A stretch of DNA of 64,000 nucleotides from assembly GCA_050872785.1 (NCBI GenBank), contig JBNMHO010000001.1, forward strand, positions 128,004 to 192,003, in the 5' to 3' direction. The stretch comes from Clostridia bacterium (GTDB lineage: Bacteria > Bacillota > Clostridia > Christensenellales > UBA1242). The notes beneath the pieces are model-generated. The model saw nothing but the letters and a program-made list of their open reading frames with translations. It had not been told where the DNA came from and searched no databases. The translations under genes were made by a program, and so were the position numbers. This document shows positions 1 through 10,176 of this stretch, piece by piece. Positions within the stretch are counted from its first letter, which is position 1. Each line of letters opens with the position of its first letter.

Positions 1-162
1 AAAGGCATGACTCAACGTGAAGTGGCAACTGAACTTAACAAATATCAATCAGATTATAGCAATTATGAAACGGGGTCAATTCAGTTAGACTATGAAAAAA
101 TTGTCTATCTTTGCAAACGACTTGACATCACTCCCAATGACTTATTCGGGTTCAAATACTGA
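1..162 (+). CDS. XRE-family helix-turn-helix transcriptional regulator, C-terminal fragment (5' end lies outside the window)
   Basis: Frame 1 is open from base 1. It reads KGMTQREVATELNKYQSDYSNYETGSIQLDYEKIVYLCKRLDITPNDLFGFKY and stops at TGA 160-162. The TQxEVAxxL...S..SxxExG...L..I..L.I.PNDL pattern is typical of Cro/C1 (XRE) HTH domains. Confidence 0.7.
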   Translation, partial: KGMTQREVATELNKYQSDYSNYETGSIQLDYEKIVYLCKRLDITPNDLFGFKY

Positions 163-347
163 TATATTTTAGTTTGCAAATTGTAGAGTAATAGTTCAAA
201 TCTTACTACCCCTCCGTCAACTTACGTTGCCACCTCCATTACAATGAGAGGCACACACTTAATATACTGAAAGACTAAAAACTTAATTTGAACAACAAAA
301 AATATAAAAAATATTGGATTGAACGGGCAAAATCTCTCAAAAGTTAT

Positions 348-375
348 TTTCAAATCTAAAATTATGTGCTAAAAT
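348..375 (+). promoter_or_regulatory. Candidate sigma-A promoter for asnS (TTTCAA-N16-TGcTAAAAT)
   Basis: Extended -10 TGCTAAAAT at 367-375 and a weak -35 TTTCAA at 348-353, about 55 nt upstream of the asnS ATG. Motif match only. Confidence 0.3.
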
Positions 376-430
376 GTTTAGGACAACTTTTTTTGTTGTT
401 TAATAAGGCTTAGATTAAAAAGAGGCAAAT

Positions 431-1810
431 ATGAAACTACTTGAAATTAAAAAATTGCACACAGAAACAAAAGAACTCAGTGGAAAAGCTGTTAAAGTCG
501 GTGGCTGGGTCAGAAGTGTGAGGGATAGCAAAAACTTCGGGTTTATTGACCTAAATGACGGCACAAGTTTTAAAGGCGTGCAGATTGTTATTACACCAGA
601 GAAAATTGAAAACTATGCAGAAGTTGCAAAACTTAATGCTGGGTCTAGCATAATTTGCACTGGGACTTTGGTCGAAACTCCAAACAACAAGCAAGCGTTT
701 GAAATTCAAGCAGACAGCATAACAGTTGTTTGCAAAACAGATACAGATTATCCACTTCAAAAGAAAGGTCACTCTATGGAATTTTTGAGAGAGCAAGCCT
801 ATCTTAGACCAAGGACAAATTTGTTTAACGCTGTGTTTAGAGTTAGAAGTGAAAGTTCTTTTGCATTGCATGAGTTTTTCCACAAAGAAGGGTTTGTGTA
901 TGTGCATGCCCCAATTTTGACATCTTCCGATTGCGAAGGTGCGGGCGAATTGTTTAGAGTTAGCACGCAAGACATTTATGCGGGCAAGAAACTTGACCCA
1001 AAAGACGAACTCTTTGGCAAAAAGGTCTTCCTTTCCCCATCGTGCCAACTTGAAGGCGAAGCCTTTGCACTCTCTATGGGAAAGATTTATACATTCGGGC
1101 CATCGTTCAGAGCGGAAAACAGCAATACTGTAAAACACGTCAACGAGTTTTGGCACATTGAACCAGAAATTGCTTTCTATGAACTTTTTGACGACATGGA
1201 CCTTATGGAAAAAATGATAAAATATGTTATCAATCACCTATTCACCCGTTGCCATGACGAACTTGAATTCTTTGACAAATTTGTGGAAAAAGGGCTGCTT
1301 GAAAAACTGCACAATGTGGCAGACAGCGAGTTCGCAAGAGTGACCTACACGGAAGCGATAGAACTTCTTTCCAAAAACAACAAAAAATTTGAATTCCCTG
1401 TTAAATGGGGTGACGACATTCAAACAGAACACGAAAAATATCTTACACAAGAAATTTACGGCAGACCAGTTTTTGTTTATGACTACCCAAAAGAAATTAA
1501 AGCATTCTATATGAAGTTAAATGATGATAACAAAACAGTTAAGGCAACGGACCTACTTGTGCCTGGCATTGGCGAACTTTGTGGAGCAAGCGAAAGAGAA
1601 GAAAGATATGATGTTTTGCTTGAAAGAATACACGAACTTGGACTTAATGAAAAAGACTATTGGTGGTATCTCAACCTTCGTAAATTTGGCAGCGTAAAAC
1701 ACAGTGGTTTTGGCATGGGCTTTGACCGATTTGTCATGTATGTCACTGGCATGCAAAATATTCGTGACGTCCTTCCATTTCCAAGAACTCCAAAGAACTG
1801 TGAGTTTTAA
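431..1810 (+). CDS. asnS: Asparagine--tRNA ligase (AsnRS, class IIb)
   Basis: 459-aa ORF with AAGAGG RBS. It has an N-terminal OB-fold (VGGWVRSVRDSKNFGFIDLNDGT), class II motifs (FRAENSNTxRHxxEFWxIEPE-like: SFRAENSNTVKHVNEFWHIEPE) and the characteristic C-terminus GFGMGFDRFVMYVTGMQNIRDVLPFPRTPKNCEF. Confidence 0.95.
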   Translation: MKLLEIKKLHTETKELSGKAVKVGGWVRSVRDSKNFGFIDLNDGTSFKGVQIVITPEKIENYAEVAKLNAGSSIICTGTLVETPNNKQAFEIQADSITVVCKTDTDYPLQKKGHSMEFLREQAYLRPRTNLFNAVFRVRSESSFALHEFFHKEGFVYVHAPILTSSDCEGAGELFRVSTQDIYAGKKLDPKDELFGKKVFLSPSCQLEGEAFALSMGKIYTFGPSFRAENSNTVKHVNEFWHIEPEIAFYELFDDMDLMEKMIKYVINHLFTRCHDELEFFDKFVEKGLLEKLHNVADSEFARVTYTEAIELLSKNNKKFEFPVKWGDDIQTEHEKYLTQEIYGRPVFVYDYPKEIKAFYMKLNDDNKTVKATDLLVPGIGELCGASEREERYDVLLERIHELGLNEKDYWWYLNLRKFGSVKHSGFGMGFDRFVMYVTGMQNIRDVLPFPRTPKNCEF

Positions 1811-1883
1811 ATGACAAAAACTGCTTGAACAGCAAGAAGAGCAAGGTATGTAAGTTTAGGGCGGTTGAAATAATGTTAATATT

Positions 1884-1922
1884 AAAAAAGAACTTTATCG
1901 CTTAAGATAGAGTTCTTTTTTT
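1884..1922. terminator. Bidirectional rho-independent terminator between convergent asnS and the 1,419-aa membrane protein gene
   Basis: 11-bp stem AGAACTTTATC (1889-1899) / GATAGAGTTCT (1906-1916) with one G-U pair and a 6-nt loop. A-run upstream (1884-1889), T-run downstream (1916-1922). Confidence 0.6.
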
Positions 1923-2061
1923 GTTTATAATGTTGCTTTCTCTTGCTAGCAAAATTGGTTTATCTCTTAAAATTAAAGTCGTTTTCTAACCGAGATGAAT
2001 TTTCGCATAAACAAAATTCTCTTTGTTAATCAATCTTTATCAAGAGAGATTTGCATATTCT

Positions 2062-5000
2062 TTACACAGCTGGCACAAGGTCAATTTGGTGGAATTCTGC
2101 TTGAAGGTCGGTCATTAAGTCTGCATAGTAGGTGTCGCCAGTGTAGGTTTCTTGAGGAGCATCTGTTGCATGAGAGTTGAAGGCATATTTTTCGTTGTTT
2201 AGGATTTCGTCAACTCGTGCAGAGCCTCCCTTATTCTCTGGGTCGGAAGATGTTGGAAGTTTTTCTTCTGCCACTGTTTTCATTTGGTCGAAGGCAATGC
2301 TTGCGATGTCTTTTGCAATTTTCTCGTCCGCCACCCATTGCATTGAGGCGATGTCGTCAAGTTTTTGTCCGACTGACACTGCGTTCACTTTAAATTCGTC
2401 ATAAGTTGAAACAGCTTGCAAGTCGTCAAGTTTGTTTTTGAGAGATATAACTTCGGCGAACATCTTTTCATATTTGCCAGTTTCTGTGCTATCCACCACC
2501 TCAAGGGCTTTTGCTTTGACGTTTGAAGCGATGTCTTTATATTCAGAGTCTGCGGCGATATATGTTTTCATTTTTTGATTGAAGAAGTAGTCAAGCACTT
2601 TTTTGATTATAACTTTGTCAAAGAGTTTGCTTCCGTCTGCTTCAGCGGCGTCAAGTTTTCCGCCAAGTCTATCCACATCAACAGTTTGATTATTCATTTC
2701 TGTGAGCAAGGTGTCCATATGCTTAAATTCCATTTCATAATCTTCAATGTTCGCTGCATTGTTCCCTATTGTTTTGACAATGGCTTTTAGTTCGTCACCC
2801 ATATCGTTGTAAGTTGCAAGTTGTTTGTCAATAACAATCTTAATAACTTCAGCAATAACATCTCTTGTCAAAATGACACTGGCTGTTTGTGGGTTTGCAG
2901 TTATTTGATTAAATAGTTCGCCAGCAATAATTGCGTCTGGGTCATCAGAGGTCTTTCTTACAATCTTAATTGGATTTTGCTCTGCCAGTTCCTTAAGTTG
3001 AGCCATATATCCAAATTCTCTTTCATAAGACAATATTTCAACTTTTTGCGAGCCGTCTGTTGGTTTAAGTTTGTTCTTAATGAGTGCTTTGGCTGAAGAG
3101 TAGTCATTTGGGACATTTTCGTTTACATAATACACAACAATGTCACTCAAAATGCTTGGCACTAGGACAGAATTTTCTTTTATTCCGTCAATGGTTTTGC
3201 CAATTTGGACAAGAGGTTTTGAAGTGTCTTTTGCAACGTCAACAAGTTTTGTCATGTTCACAAACTCTGTTTCATATGACACAATTTGTTCCATATTTGC
3301 ACAAAGTCCTGCATATTCACTGTTTCCAACAACAATGTTCTTCAAGCCGTCTTCAAGGTCTTTAGAATCGTCTTTAACAAAGTATTTCAAGAATTTTTGC
3401 AACACTTCATTTGTTAAAAGTTTGCTTTCAGTTGTTGTTTCCGATTCAAGATTGTCTGTTTTCTTGCCACTTAAAAGGTCAAATTGTCTGCCTATAGCTC
3501 CAAACTTCACTTGTTCAGCGGTGAGTTCTGGGGTTGCAGTCCAAGAAGCCTTGTTTACTGTGTCCATAAGGTTTGTAAGGTTCAAAATTTCTTTTTCATA
3601 TGAAGTTACATTTGGAACATTGTTCTTTATTGCATTTATGAGTTCACGTTTTTCATCATCGCCACCCACGAAGTCTGTTGCTTCTCTGTCGATATAATAG
3701 CAGACAACTGCCCTAACTTCCACTGGGGTAAATATTTCACTGCCCGAGATGTCGTCAAGAAGTTCCCCCATTTTCACAAGGTCGCTTGTTTCAAAGTCTG
3801 CAACAAACAATGTTTTAAGTTTGCCAAGTTCTGCTTCCCAACTTGTGACATTGCTTTCGCCGTCAAGATAAATGTTGTTAAGCACGCTTTCTTTGACTGT
3901 AAGTCTTGTAGCGCTGTTCACTTCAACTGCCATAATTTTGTCAATTTCAGTTTCCGTTTCGCCTTCTTTTGCCAAAAGATTTTTCTCCAAGAAGTTGTTT
4001 ATCAAGGCTCGAAGGACTTTATTTTCCACAAAGAGATGTGTATTCTTCTCGCCGTCAACAGTTTTCATTGCTTCGTCAATGGCAAGTCCTAGGTTTTCAA
4101 AAGACTTGTTTTCTGGGTCGGAAAGGGCTGCTTTGTCAAAGTTTGACAATGTTCCCATTGCTTTTCTTAAAACTCTTAAAGAGTATTTAAACTCATTACC
4201 CCAGTTTTTGATTTCACTTCTTCCGTTTGTTTTTTCGCCCGTCCAAATTTGCCCCAAGATATAGTCTTTAAGCGTCACATCTTGTTGTGTTTCGTCAACG
4301 AGTTTTGTATCAACAACAAGGTTTAGATAATCTTTGGTTGTTGTGTCAGTTAGGTCGTCAATCAAGTTTTTGAGGACGTCTTTGATGTTATAATTTGTGA
4401 TAAGCACAGATTTTCCAGCGATTGCTTTTTGAATAGCATTTCCAATTCGTTCTGCTGGGTCGTTTTCTTTTTCAACATAGTCTGCACTTAAAATCTTGTC
4501 AAATGCAAAGTCTGTTTCTTCGTTTTTAATTTGCATAACGGTGTTTATAACTGGAGCGACTGAACGAAGTTCTGCTTCCCAGCCACGAGTGACTGTTATG
4601 TCATAAAGTGAATTTAAGATTGCAGAATATTTGCTCTCCCCGCTTTCTGTTCCGCCCAACATTTCGTTTGCTTTTGTTTTCAAATAATCGAGCAAGCCAT
4701 TGTAACTGCTTTCAGATAGCAATCCGCTTCTTGCCACATCGACCACTTTGCCAAGTGAGCCATAGGCATCGCAAGCATCGTCTTCGTTTGCAAAATATCC
4801 GTCAGTTTTCTTATCTTCAAGTTTAAGATAGGTTATGAAGTTTTCCAAAATATCTTTTAAATTTTTGCTCAAAGAATCAGCTGTAATTTCTGCTTTTTGA
4901 TAGCCACTTATTCCCGTTCCCTCAAACACTTTTTCAACAGCGGAATCAACAAGGGTTGGATATTCGCTTGAAAGGAGTGTCACTTTGAAAAGGTTGTCAA

Positions 5001-6321
5001 CAAATGCGGAACTGAATGTTTTTGCGTTAACGTTGTTTCTAACAAGAATTTTCACCATTTCGCTGGTTGAAGTCACTTCACCTTTTATAATTGGCACCAT
5101 AAGCCCGTTATCGTTGAACAAGGTTGCAATATCAATAATGGCGTCAATTTGGTTCATAAACATATCCACTTTTATTGGGTTATCAAGAGTAGAATTTTTG
5201 TAGGCAGTTTTGAAGAGTTCTGCATAGTCTTGCCCGTCAATTACAATTTTCAAATCTTCATTTTCTGCAAAGAATTTGTCCATAAAATATGGCAAAAGGT
5301 CGTCGCCCAACGTGTCAACAAGTTTGCTGCCCTTAAGTCCAAACAGAATGTCTTTTACATTGCTCAAAGCGTCTGCAACAGATTCCTTTGTGCAGTTGTC
5401 TTTGTTGTCTAGGAAGTTTGAAAGTGCGGTGTATTTGTTATATAGATAAATTCCGTTGTCCACTTCGCTTGCAAGATAAATTTTTTCGCCACCGACATTT
5501 ACAGTTGCCAGCCCGTCAAAGACAAGGTTTGAGAAGAAACTTATTCCAGTGTATTTTGCCACTTTGGAAGCGACAGAATTTTCATAACTGTTAAGATATT
5601 GCTGCGTTCCTTCGTCAATGACTGTTGGAAGATATGGCACTTCTTCGCCCACTTCATTTTGCGTTACAAGGTTGGCGTTTGCCTTTTGATAAATTGCGTT
5701 AAGTCCCACAATTGGGCTTAGGGTTGCTACGCAGATAACAAAGCCCATAACAATGCCCACAAGCATGCCGCCAAATCTGTTTTTGCCGCTTATTTCAAGG
5801 TCTGAAGGCATATCGTCTTCGTCAACTGGAACTCCACGTTTTTTAAGATTTTTAATTTTTCTTTTATATGCTTTAAGTTCTCTCTTTTTCTTGTCAAAGC
5901 ATTTTGAAGCAATGATTGCCCAAATTGGATAAAGCAAAATTTTAAGCACCCAGAAGCCAAGGACAAACACAAGAACATTTAAAATCATAGTGGGAAAGTT
6001 TTCGGCGAATGTTCTTACTGCTTCGCTTTGAGATATTGCTTCGTCAAGATTGAGGCTGTTGAGAATGTTTACGCCAATGTCACTAAGTTTGCTTACGGGT
6101 CCATTTATATCAAGACCTAATGAGGAGATGTCAATGCTGTTTAGCCACGAGGAAATTACGGGCGTCAAAAACCACAGGATAACTCCCGTTACAAGAAGCC
6201 AAATAAGCCTAAAGGCAGACTTGCTTGCTCCACGTTTTAGCCCAAACAAAATGGACATCAACATGATAACACAAATCAATGCCAAGATTATATACCCAAT
6301 AACTGAACTGCTCATAGTCAA
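2062..6321 (-). CDS. Large membrane protein of unknown function: CvpA-like N-terminal multi-TM domain fused to a ~1,200-aa acidic, probably helical, repeat region
   Basis: 1,419-aa ORF with AGGAG RBS. The N-terminus (IGYIILALICVIMLMSILFGLKRGASKSAFRLIWLLVTGVILWF...) resembles CvpA-family membrane proteins, and about 4 hydrophobic helices fall in the first ~210 aa. The remainder is D/E/K/N-rich, with a recurring [SGN][YW]ExE[FL] motif. Confidence 0.85.
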   Translation of the reverse strand: MTMSSSVIGYIILALICVIMLMSILFGLKRGASKSAFRLIWLLVTGVILWFLTPVISSWLNSIDISSLGLDINGPVSKLSDIGVNILNSLNLDEAISQSEAVRTFAENFPTMILNVLVFVLGFWVLKILLYPIWAIIASKCFDKKKRELKAYKRKIKNLKKRGVPVDEDDMPSDLEISGKNRFGGMLVGIVMGFVICVATLSPIVGLNAIYQKANANLVTQNEVGEEVPYLPTVIDEGTQQYLNSYENSVASKVAKYTGISFFSNLVFDGLATVNVGGEKIYLASEVDNGIYLYNKYTALSNFLDNKDNCTKESVADALSNVKDILFGLKGSKLVDTLGDDLLPYFMDKFFAENEDLKIVIDGQDYAELFKTAYKNSTLDNPIKVDMFMNQIDAIIDIATLFNDNGLMVPIIKGEVTSTSEMVKILVRNNVNAKTFSSAFVDNLFKVTLLSSEYPTLVDSAVEKVFEGTGISGYQKAEITADSLSKNLKDILENFITYLKLEDKKTDGYFANEDDACDAYGSLGKVVDVARSGLLSESSYNGLLDYLKTKANEMLGGTESGESKYSAILNSLYDITVTRGWEAELRSVAPVINTVMQIKNEETDFAFDKILSADYVEKENDPAERIGNAIQKAIAGKSVLITNYNIKDVLKNLIDDLTDTTTKDYLNLVVDTKLVDETQQDVTLKDYILGQIWTGEKTNGRSEIKNWGNEFKYSLRVLRKAMGTLSNFDKAALSDPENKSFENLGLAIDEAMKTVDGEKNTHLFVENKVLRALINNFLEKNLLAKEGETETEIDKIMAVEVNSATRLTVKESVLNNIYLDGESNVTSWEAELGKLKTLFVADFETSDLVKMGELLDDISGSEIFTPVEVRAVVCYYIDREATDFVGGDDEKRELINAIKNNVPNVTSYEKEILNLTNLMDTVNKASWTATPELTAEQVKFGAIGRQFDLLSGKKTDNLESETTTESKLLTNEVLQKFLKYFVKDDSKDLEDGLKNIVVGNSEYAGLCANMEQIVSYETEFVNMTKLVDVAKDTSKPLVQIGKTIDGIKENSVLVPSILSDIVVYYVNENVPNDYSSAKALIKNKLKPTDGSQKVEILSYEREFGYMAQLKELAEQNPIKIVRKTSDDPDAIIAGELFNQITANPQTASVILTRDVIAEVIKIVIDKQLATYNDMGDELKAIVKTIGNNAANIEDYEMEFKHMDTLLTEMNNQTVDVDRLGGKLDAAEADGSKLFDKVIIKKVLDYFFNQKMKTYIAADSEYKDIASNVKAKALEVVDSTETGKYEKMFAEVISLKNKLDDLQAVSTYDEFKVNAVSVGQKLDDIASMQWVADEKIAKDIASIAFDQMKTVAEEKLPTSSDPENKGGSARVDEILNNEKYAFNSHATDAPQETYTGDTYYADLMTDLQAEFHQIDLVPAV

Positions 6322-6445
6322 CTCCTATATAATTATTTTTAAATTATACAACAATAATATACGACAAAATGCAAAAAGTTCAAAATGATTTTGTTTTGTT
6401 TGCGACAATTTTTGCCAACTTTTCATAAAAGAATAAGAGGTTTAT

Positions 6446-7525
6446 ATGAAAATTTGTGTTTATGCCATATGCAAAAACGAAGAAAAGTTTGCAAAACGCT
6501 GGATAGATAGCATGAGCGAGGCAGACGAAATTTACGTTTTGGACACGGGAAGCAGTGACAAAAGTGTTGAACTATTAAGAAGTCTTGGAGCAAAAGTTAC
6601 AGTCAAAGCAGTTTCCCCATGGCGGTTTGACGTTGCAAGAAACATAAGCCTATCCCTTGTGCCAGACGACTGCGACATTTGTGTTTGCACCGACCTTGAC
6701 GAGGTTTTTGAAAAAGGGTGGCGGGAAAAACTTGAAAATGCATGGCAAAAGAACATTCACCGCCAGTGCCTCTACACTTATGTTTGGGATGTCCTTGAAA
6801 ACGGCACAGACGGAACAACTTTTTTGTATCAAAAAATTCACGCACGACATGGCTTTGAATGGGTTTATCCCGTGCATGAAGTTTTATCCGCAACGCCCGC
6901 AGTGACTGCCCACGAAACATGCCCCTGCGAAAACATTGTTCTTAGGCATTATCCCGACAGCACAAAAAGCAGAGGACAATATTTAGAACTTCTTAAACTG
7001 AGTGTTGCCGAACACCCCGAAAGCGACCGCAACACACATTATCTTGCTCGTGAATTTATGTTTGCTGGCGACTACACCTCTGCCATAAAATACTTTAAAA
7101 GACATTTGAAACTTCCCACAGCAACTTGGAATGAAGAACGGAGTGCAAGTTTAAGATACATTGGCGATTGCTATTATTATCAGAACAAACTTCCGCTTGC
7201 AAGAAAGTTTTATGAAAAGTCAATTTGCGAATGTCCCGAAACACGAGAAGGATATTTTGCCCTAGCAAAACTTTTATATTTTCAAAAAAAATATTTTGAC
7301 TGCTTTGTTCTTCTAAAAGCCATGCTCGAAATTAAGACCAGAAACTTAACTTACATTTCTTCCCCCGAGTGTTGGGGCGATGCTCCATACGACTTGTTAT
7401 CCCTTTGCTCGCACTTTTTGGGCATGAAAAAAGAGGCATATAACTACTGCCTCTTAGCATTATCCAAAAACCCACAAGACAAACGGCTTAAGGATAATTT
7501 GCAATATTTTAAAACTCACCTTTAA
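6446..7525 (+). CDS. Family 2 glycosyltransferase with C-terminal TPR-like repeats
   Basis: 359-aa ORF with AAGAGG RBS. N-terminus MKICVYAICKNEEKFAKRWIDSM...VLDTGSSDKS...CTDLDE (DxD-type motif) is typical of GT2 (GT-A fold). The C-terminal half has TPR-like helical repeats (YLAREFMFAGDYTSAIKYFKRHL, LRYIGDCYYYQNKLPLARKFYEKSI, YFALAKLLYFQKKYFDC). Confidence 0.8.
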   Translation: MKICVYAICKNEEKFAKRWIDSMSEADEIYVLDTGSSDKSVELLRSLGAKVTVKAVSPWRFDVARNISLSLVPDDCDICVCTDLDEVFEKGWREKLENAWQKNIHRQCLYTYVWDVLENGTDGTTFLYQKIHARHGFEWVYPVHEVLSATPAVTAHETCPCENIVLRHYPDSTKSRGQYLELLKLSVAEHPESDRNTHYLAREFMFAGDYTSAIKYFKRHLKLPTATWNEERSASLRYIGDCYYYQNKLPLARKFYEKSICECPETREGYFALAKLLYFQKKYFDCFVLLKAMLEIKTRNLTYISSPECWGDAPYDLLSLCSHFLGMKKEAYNYCLLALSKNPQDKRLKDNLQYFKTHL

Positions 7526-8114
7526 AAGGTTCTAGTTTTCTATTTGCCATAATTTTTCTAACTCTGCTTGCATTTGAAAAGGTCAACCACGAACCACAAA
7601 CTGCCACGGCATCTCCGCCAAACCAAGCATAAGTAGAACGCAAAGTTGAAACGGAATCTGAAAGTTGCAAGAACATAACTCTGTAAGTCACATCAAAAAT
7701 TACAAAGCAACTTACAAAAATTGCAGTTATAAGTGACAATATCCATAATGCCTTATAAATCTTTGACTTTCTTTCTGGGAACATATTGTGTCTTCCCTTT
7801 GCCACACAAAACAAGCAAAATGTTGCAACAACAAGCCCCACCAAAATGGCAACTGAAACATATTTTGCATAAGTGAGCATAAGAAGTCTGACCCCTATTG
7901 GCTCTTGATAATTCATATTTATGTCAATGATAAGCCTAAGAATTTCCGAATAGACAATTTGATGAATAAGAGCAAAAAGAACGACAGCCGAAACGCACAT
8001 CAAAATCAAGCAGAATTTATACCCCGACTCCAGTCTTTCCGAAACCTCTATCCTTTCATAAAACATTTTGTTCACTTCGTCTGCTGAAAGTTCATTTTCT
8101 TTAACTTTTTCCAT
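7509..8114 (-). CDS. Hypothetical integral membrane protein
   Basis: ORF-track frame 7509..8168. I place the start at ATG 8114 (MEKVKENEL...) because GGAGAAAAAA lies directly upstream. About 4 hydrophobic segments. No family recognised. Confidence 0.65.
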   Translation of the reverse strand: MEKVKENELSADEVNKMFYERIEVSERLESGYKFCLILMCVSAVVLFALIHQIVYSEILRLIIDINMNYQEPIGVRLLMLTYAKYVSVAILVGLVVATFCLFCVAKGRHNMFPERKSKIYKALWILSLITAIFVSCFVIFDVTYRVMFLQLSDSVSTLRSTYAWFGGDAVAVCGSWLTFSNASRVRKIMANRKLEPFKGEF

Positions 8115-8248
8115 TTTTTCTCCTAACCAAACAAAATAAATTCTAACCTTTTTATCAAGTTTTATCAAGCGAATTCGCCATAAACATTAAAAATATAGCA
8201 CAAATTCATATAAAAACTAGGCATTTTTATGCAAAAAACATGCAAAAA

Positions 8249-8785
8249 TTAAGCATTTTTTTCAAAATATGCTAGGTTTTTTATATCAAAAGAAGTGTAT
8301 TTTGGGGCGTCATGGTCATGAAACCACTCTGTCCCCTCAAAATTATCTGTTCCAGTTATAACATTGACTGGCGCTTTGAAATATGTGGCTTCGCACTCGG
8401 CAAGAAGGGTTCCTTCTTCGTCTTCCACAAACCCTTTTGCAATGAAAATTCTTGAAGTGTCACGAGTTATTTTGCCAACACAAAAAATCTTCTTCCCAAG
8501 AGGCACTGGCTTTCTATATTTTATTTTAAGGTCACCCGTCACCCCCCAAGCATTTGGGTTTGCAATTTGAACAGCACGTCCAACAGTTTCGTCAAGCAAT
8601 GCACAAATAACTCCGCCATGCATTCTATTAGGATAACTTTGGTGTTCATTTCGCCCTGTGCAGACGGCAACAATATAGTCCCCCTCTGTTTCATAAAAAT
8701 GTGCTTGTAGCCCAAGAGCATTGCTTAGCCCGCACACAATACAACTGTTTGAATTGTTTTGAATTTTTGTCACTTTAAGTTCCAT
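8249..8785 (-). CDS. PaaI-family hotdog-fold thioesterase
   Basis: 178-aa ORF with GGGGAG RBS. The motifs CIVCG...NxxGL and NRMHGGVICALLDETVGRAV match the PaaI/4HBT thioesterase fold. Confidence 0.85.
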   Translation of the reverse strand: MELKVTKIQNNSNSCIVCGLSNALGLQAHFYETEGDYIVAVCTGRNEHQSYPNRMHGGVICALLDETVGRAVQIANPNAWGVTGDLKIKYRKPVPLGKKIFCVGKITRDTSRIFIAKGFVEDEEGTLLAECEATYFKAPVNVITGTDNFEGTEWFHDHDAPKYTSFDIKNLAYFEKNA

Positions 8786-9010
8786 TATTTTTTCTCCCCT
8801 TTTTTCTTTTATATTTTATACTTTCCGCTTATATTCACGAAGTTAGCAAATATTTATCGATTTAGTTTTGTAAATTAAATTTCATTTATAAATATTTTAC
8901 ACTTTTCGCTCATAATCTGTAATTTAGCAAATATAAGTTGTTTTTTAAATCAATATTATTTTTTGCTCTATTTAGAAATGCTTTTATATCATTATGTCTA
9001 ACTTCTCAAC

Positions 9011-9934
9011 TTATTTATCCTTACATTCGATATTGTCTTTTTTATTATCCGACTTGTTTTCAAGGACATTTTTATTTTCAAGATTATCGGTCTTATTGTT
9101 ATCAAAGACAGTTTCAAATGATTTAAGTTTTGTTTTTCGCATAATTTTGCCCATTAAATTGCCCGAATGTTGTGGGGTGAGTTTGTAAGCAAAGTTTAGA
9201 AGTTTTGCGTCAAAGCCCAATATAACTCTGGCTTTTCTTTTTCTCATTGCTTTTACAATCTTCCTTGCCATTTTGTCTGCTGACATACTAATTTTATCTA
9301 CAAAGGATTTATCTTGAACACAAATTGTGTCACGAGAATTATCTTTTGAAGAAAATAAATTCGTTTTTGCAAAGCCCGGCATTATTGTCGCCACATAAAC
9401 TTTCCCCTTTAGTTCGCTGTGCAAAATTTCACTAAACGACCTAAGTGCAGCCTTGCTTGCTGAATAGACCGCTGTTCCTGGAATAATTCCGAGGCTAGCC
9501 GCACTTGAAATGTTTATAACTGCTGGTGTTTTTGACTTCATAAGAAGCGGCAGCAATATTCTCGTTGCATAGGTTGCAGAAAAAAAGTTTGTTGCAAAAA
9601 CTCGTTCATACAATTCGCTTGTTGTGCTTGAAAAGCGTTCAAAAGGTGGCATAGTGCCTGCACAATTTATTAAAATATCAATGTTTATCTTGTTTTTTAT
9701 AACAAAGTCCTTAAAGTCACACCAATTTTGTTCCTTTGACACGTCCATTGGATACGCCACAAATTCCCCGCTAAGAGATTTAACCTTTTCTTGTGTTTCA
9801 TGTAATTTCTCAACATTCCTTGCAAGCCCTACAATTTTGCAGTGATATTTTTGTGCCAAAATGTAGCACATCTCTCGCCCCAAGCCACTTGACGCTCCAG
9901 ATATTACAACTGTTTTTTCAAAAAGCCAATTCAT
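9011..9934 (-). CDS. Short-chain dehydrogenase/reductase (SDR) family oxidoreductase with a K/N/D-rich C-terminal tail
   Basis: 307-aa ORF with GGAGG RBS. It has the TGxxxGxG-type cofactor motif (VVISGASSGLGREM), NCAG, and catalytic YSASKAAL. Confidence 0.9.
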   Translation of the reverse strand: MNWLFEKTVVISGASSGLGREMCYILAQKYHCKIVGLARNVEKLHETQEKVKSLSGEFVAYPMDVSKEQNWCDFKDFVIKNKINIDILINCAGTMPPFERFSSTTSELYERVFATNFFSATYATRILLPLLMKSKTPAVINISSAASLGIIPGTAVYSASKAALRSFSEILHSELKGKVYVATIMPGFAKTNLFSSKDNSRDTICVQDKSFVDKISMSADKMARKIVKAMRKRKARVILGFDAKLLNFAYKLTPQHSGNLMGKIMRKTKLKSFETVFDNNKTDNLENKNVLENKSDNKKDNIECKDK

Positions 9935-10176
9935 ATTTCCTCCAATAAATAAATTTTAGCAGAAAATAAGATTTTTAACAATCATTTTAAACTTCCACTC
10001 AAAATTCAAAATATAAGCGAGCGTGAATTATTTTCGCTGTATCATTTTAAATTCTTGAATTTACTGAGTTTGTTAAAATTGCCGAGGCTACTCTGTTTCT
10101 AGATAATTGAGGACTTTTATATGGAAAGTAATAATATAATTACATATTCTAGTTATTTATTTGTATATTATGACTA

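Noticed and set aside
163-430. A T-box leader or other riboswitch upstream of asnS.
   Set aside because: I could not find the conserved T-box sequence (AANNNGGGTGGNACCGCG-like), a specifier/antiterminator arrangement, or a terminator hairpin in the 270-nt leader. Only a weak promoter-like motif is present.
551-1237. 228-aa ORF antisense to asnS, and similar antisense or out-of-frame ORFs inside the other confident genes (2062-6321, 6446-7525, 10231-13502, 13919-15406, 50838-54483, 55148-60091).
   Set aside because: Each overlaps a gene with clear family signatures. They lack RBSs and have odd composition (rich in F, C, W, K), so I treat them as non-coding shadows.
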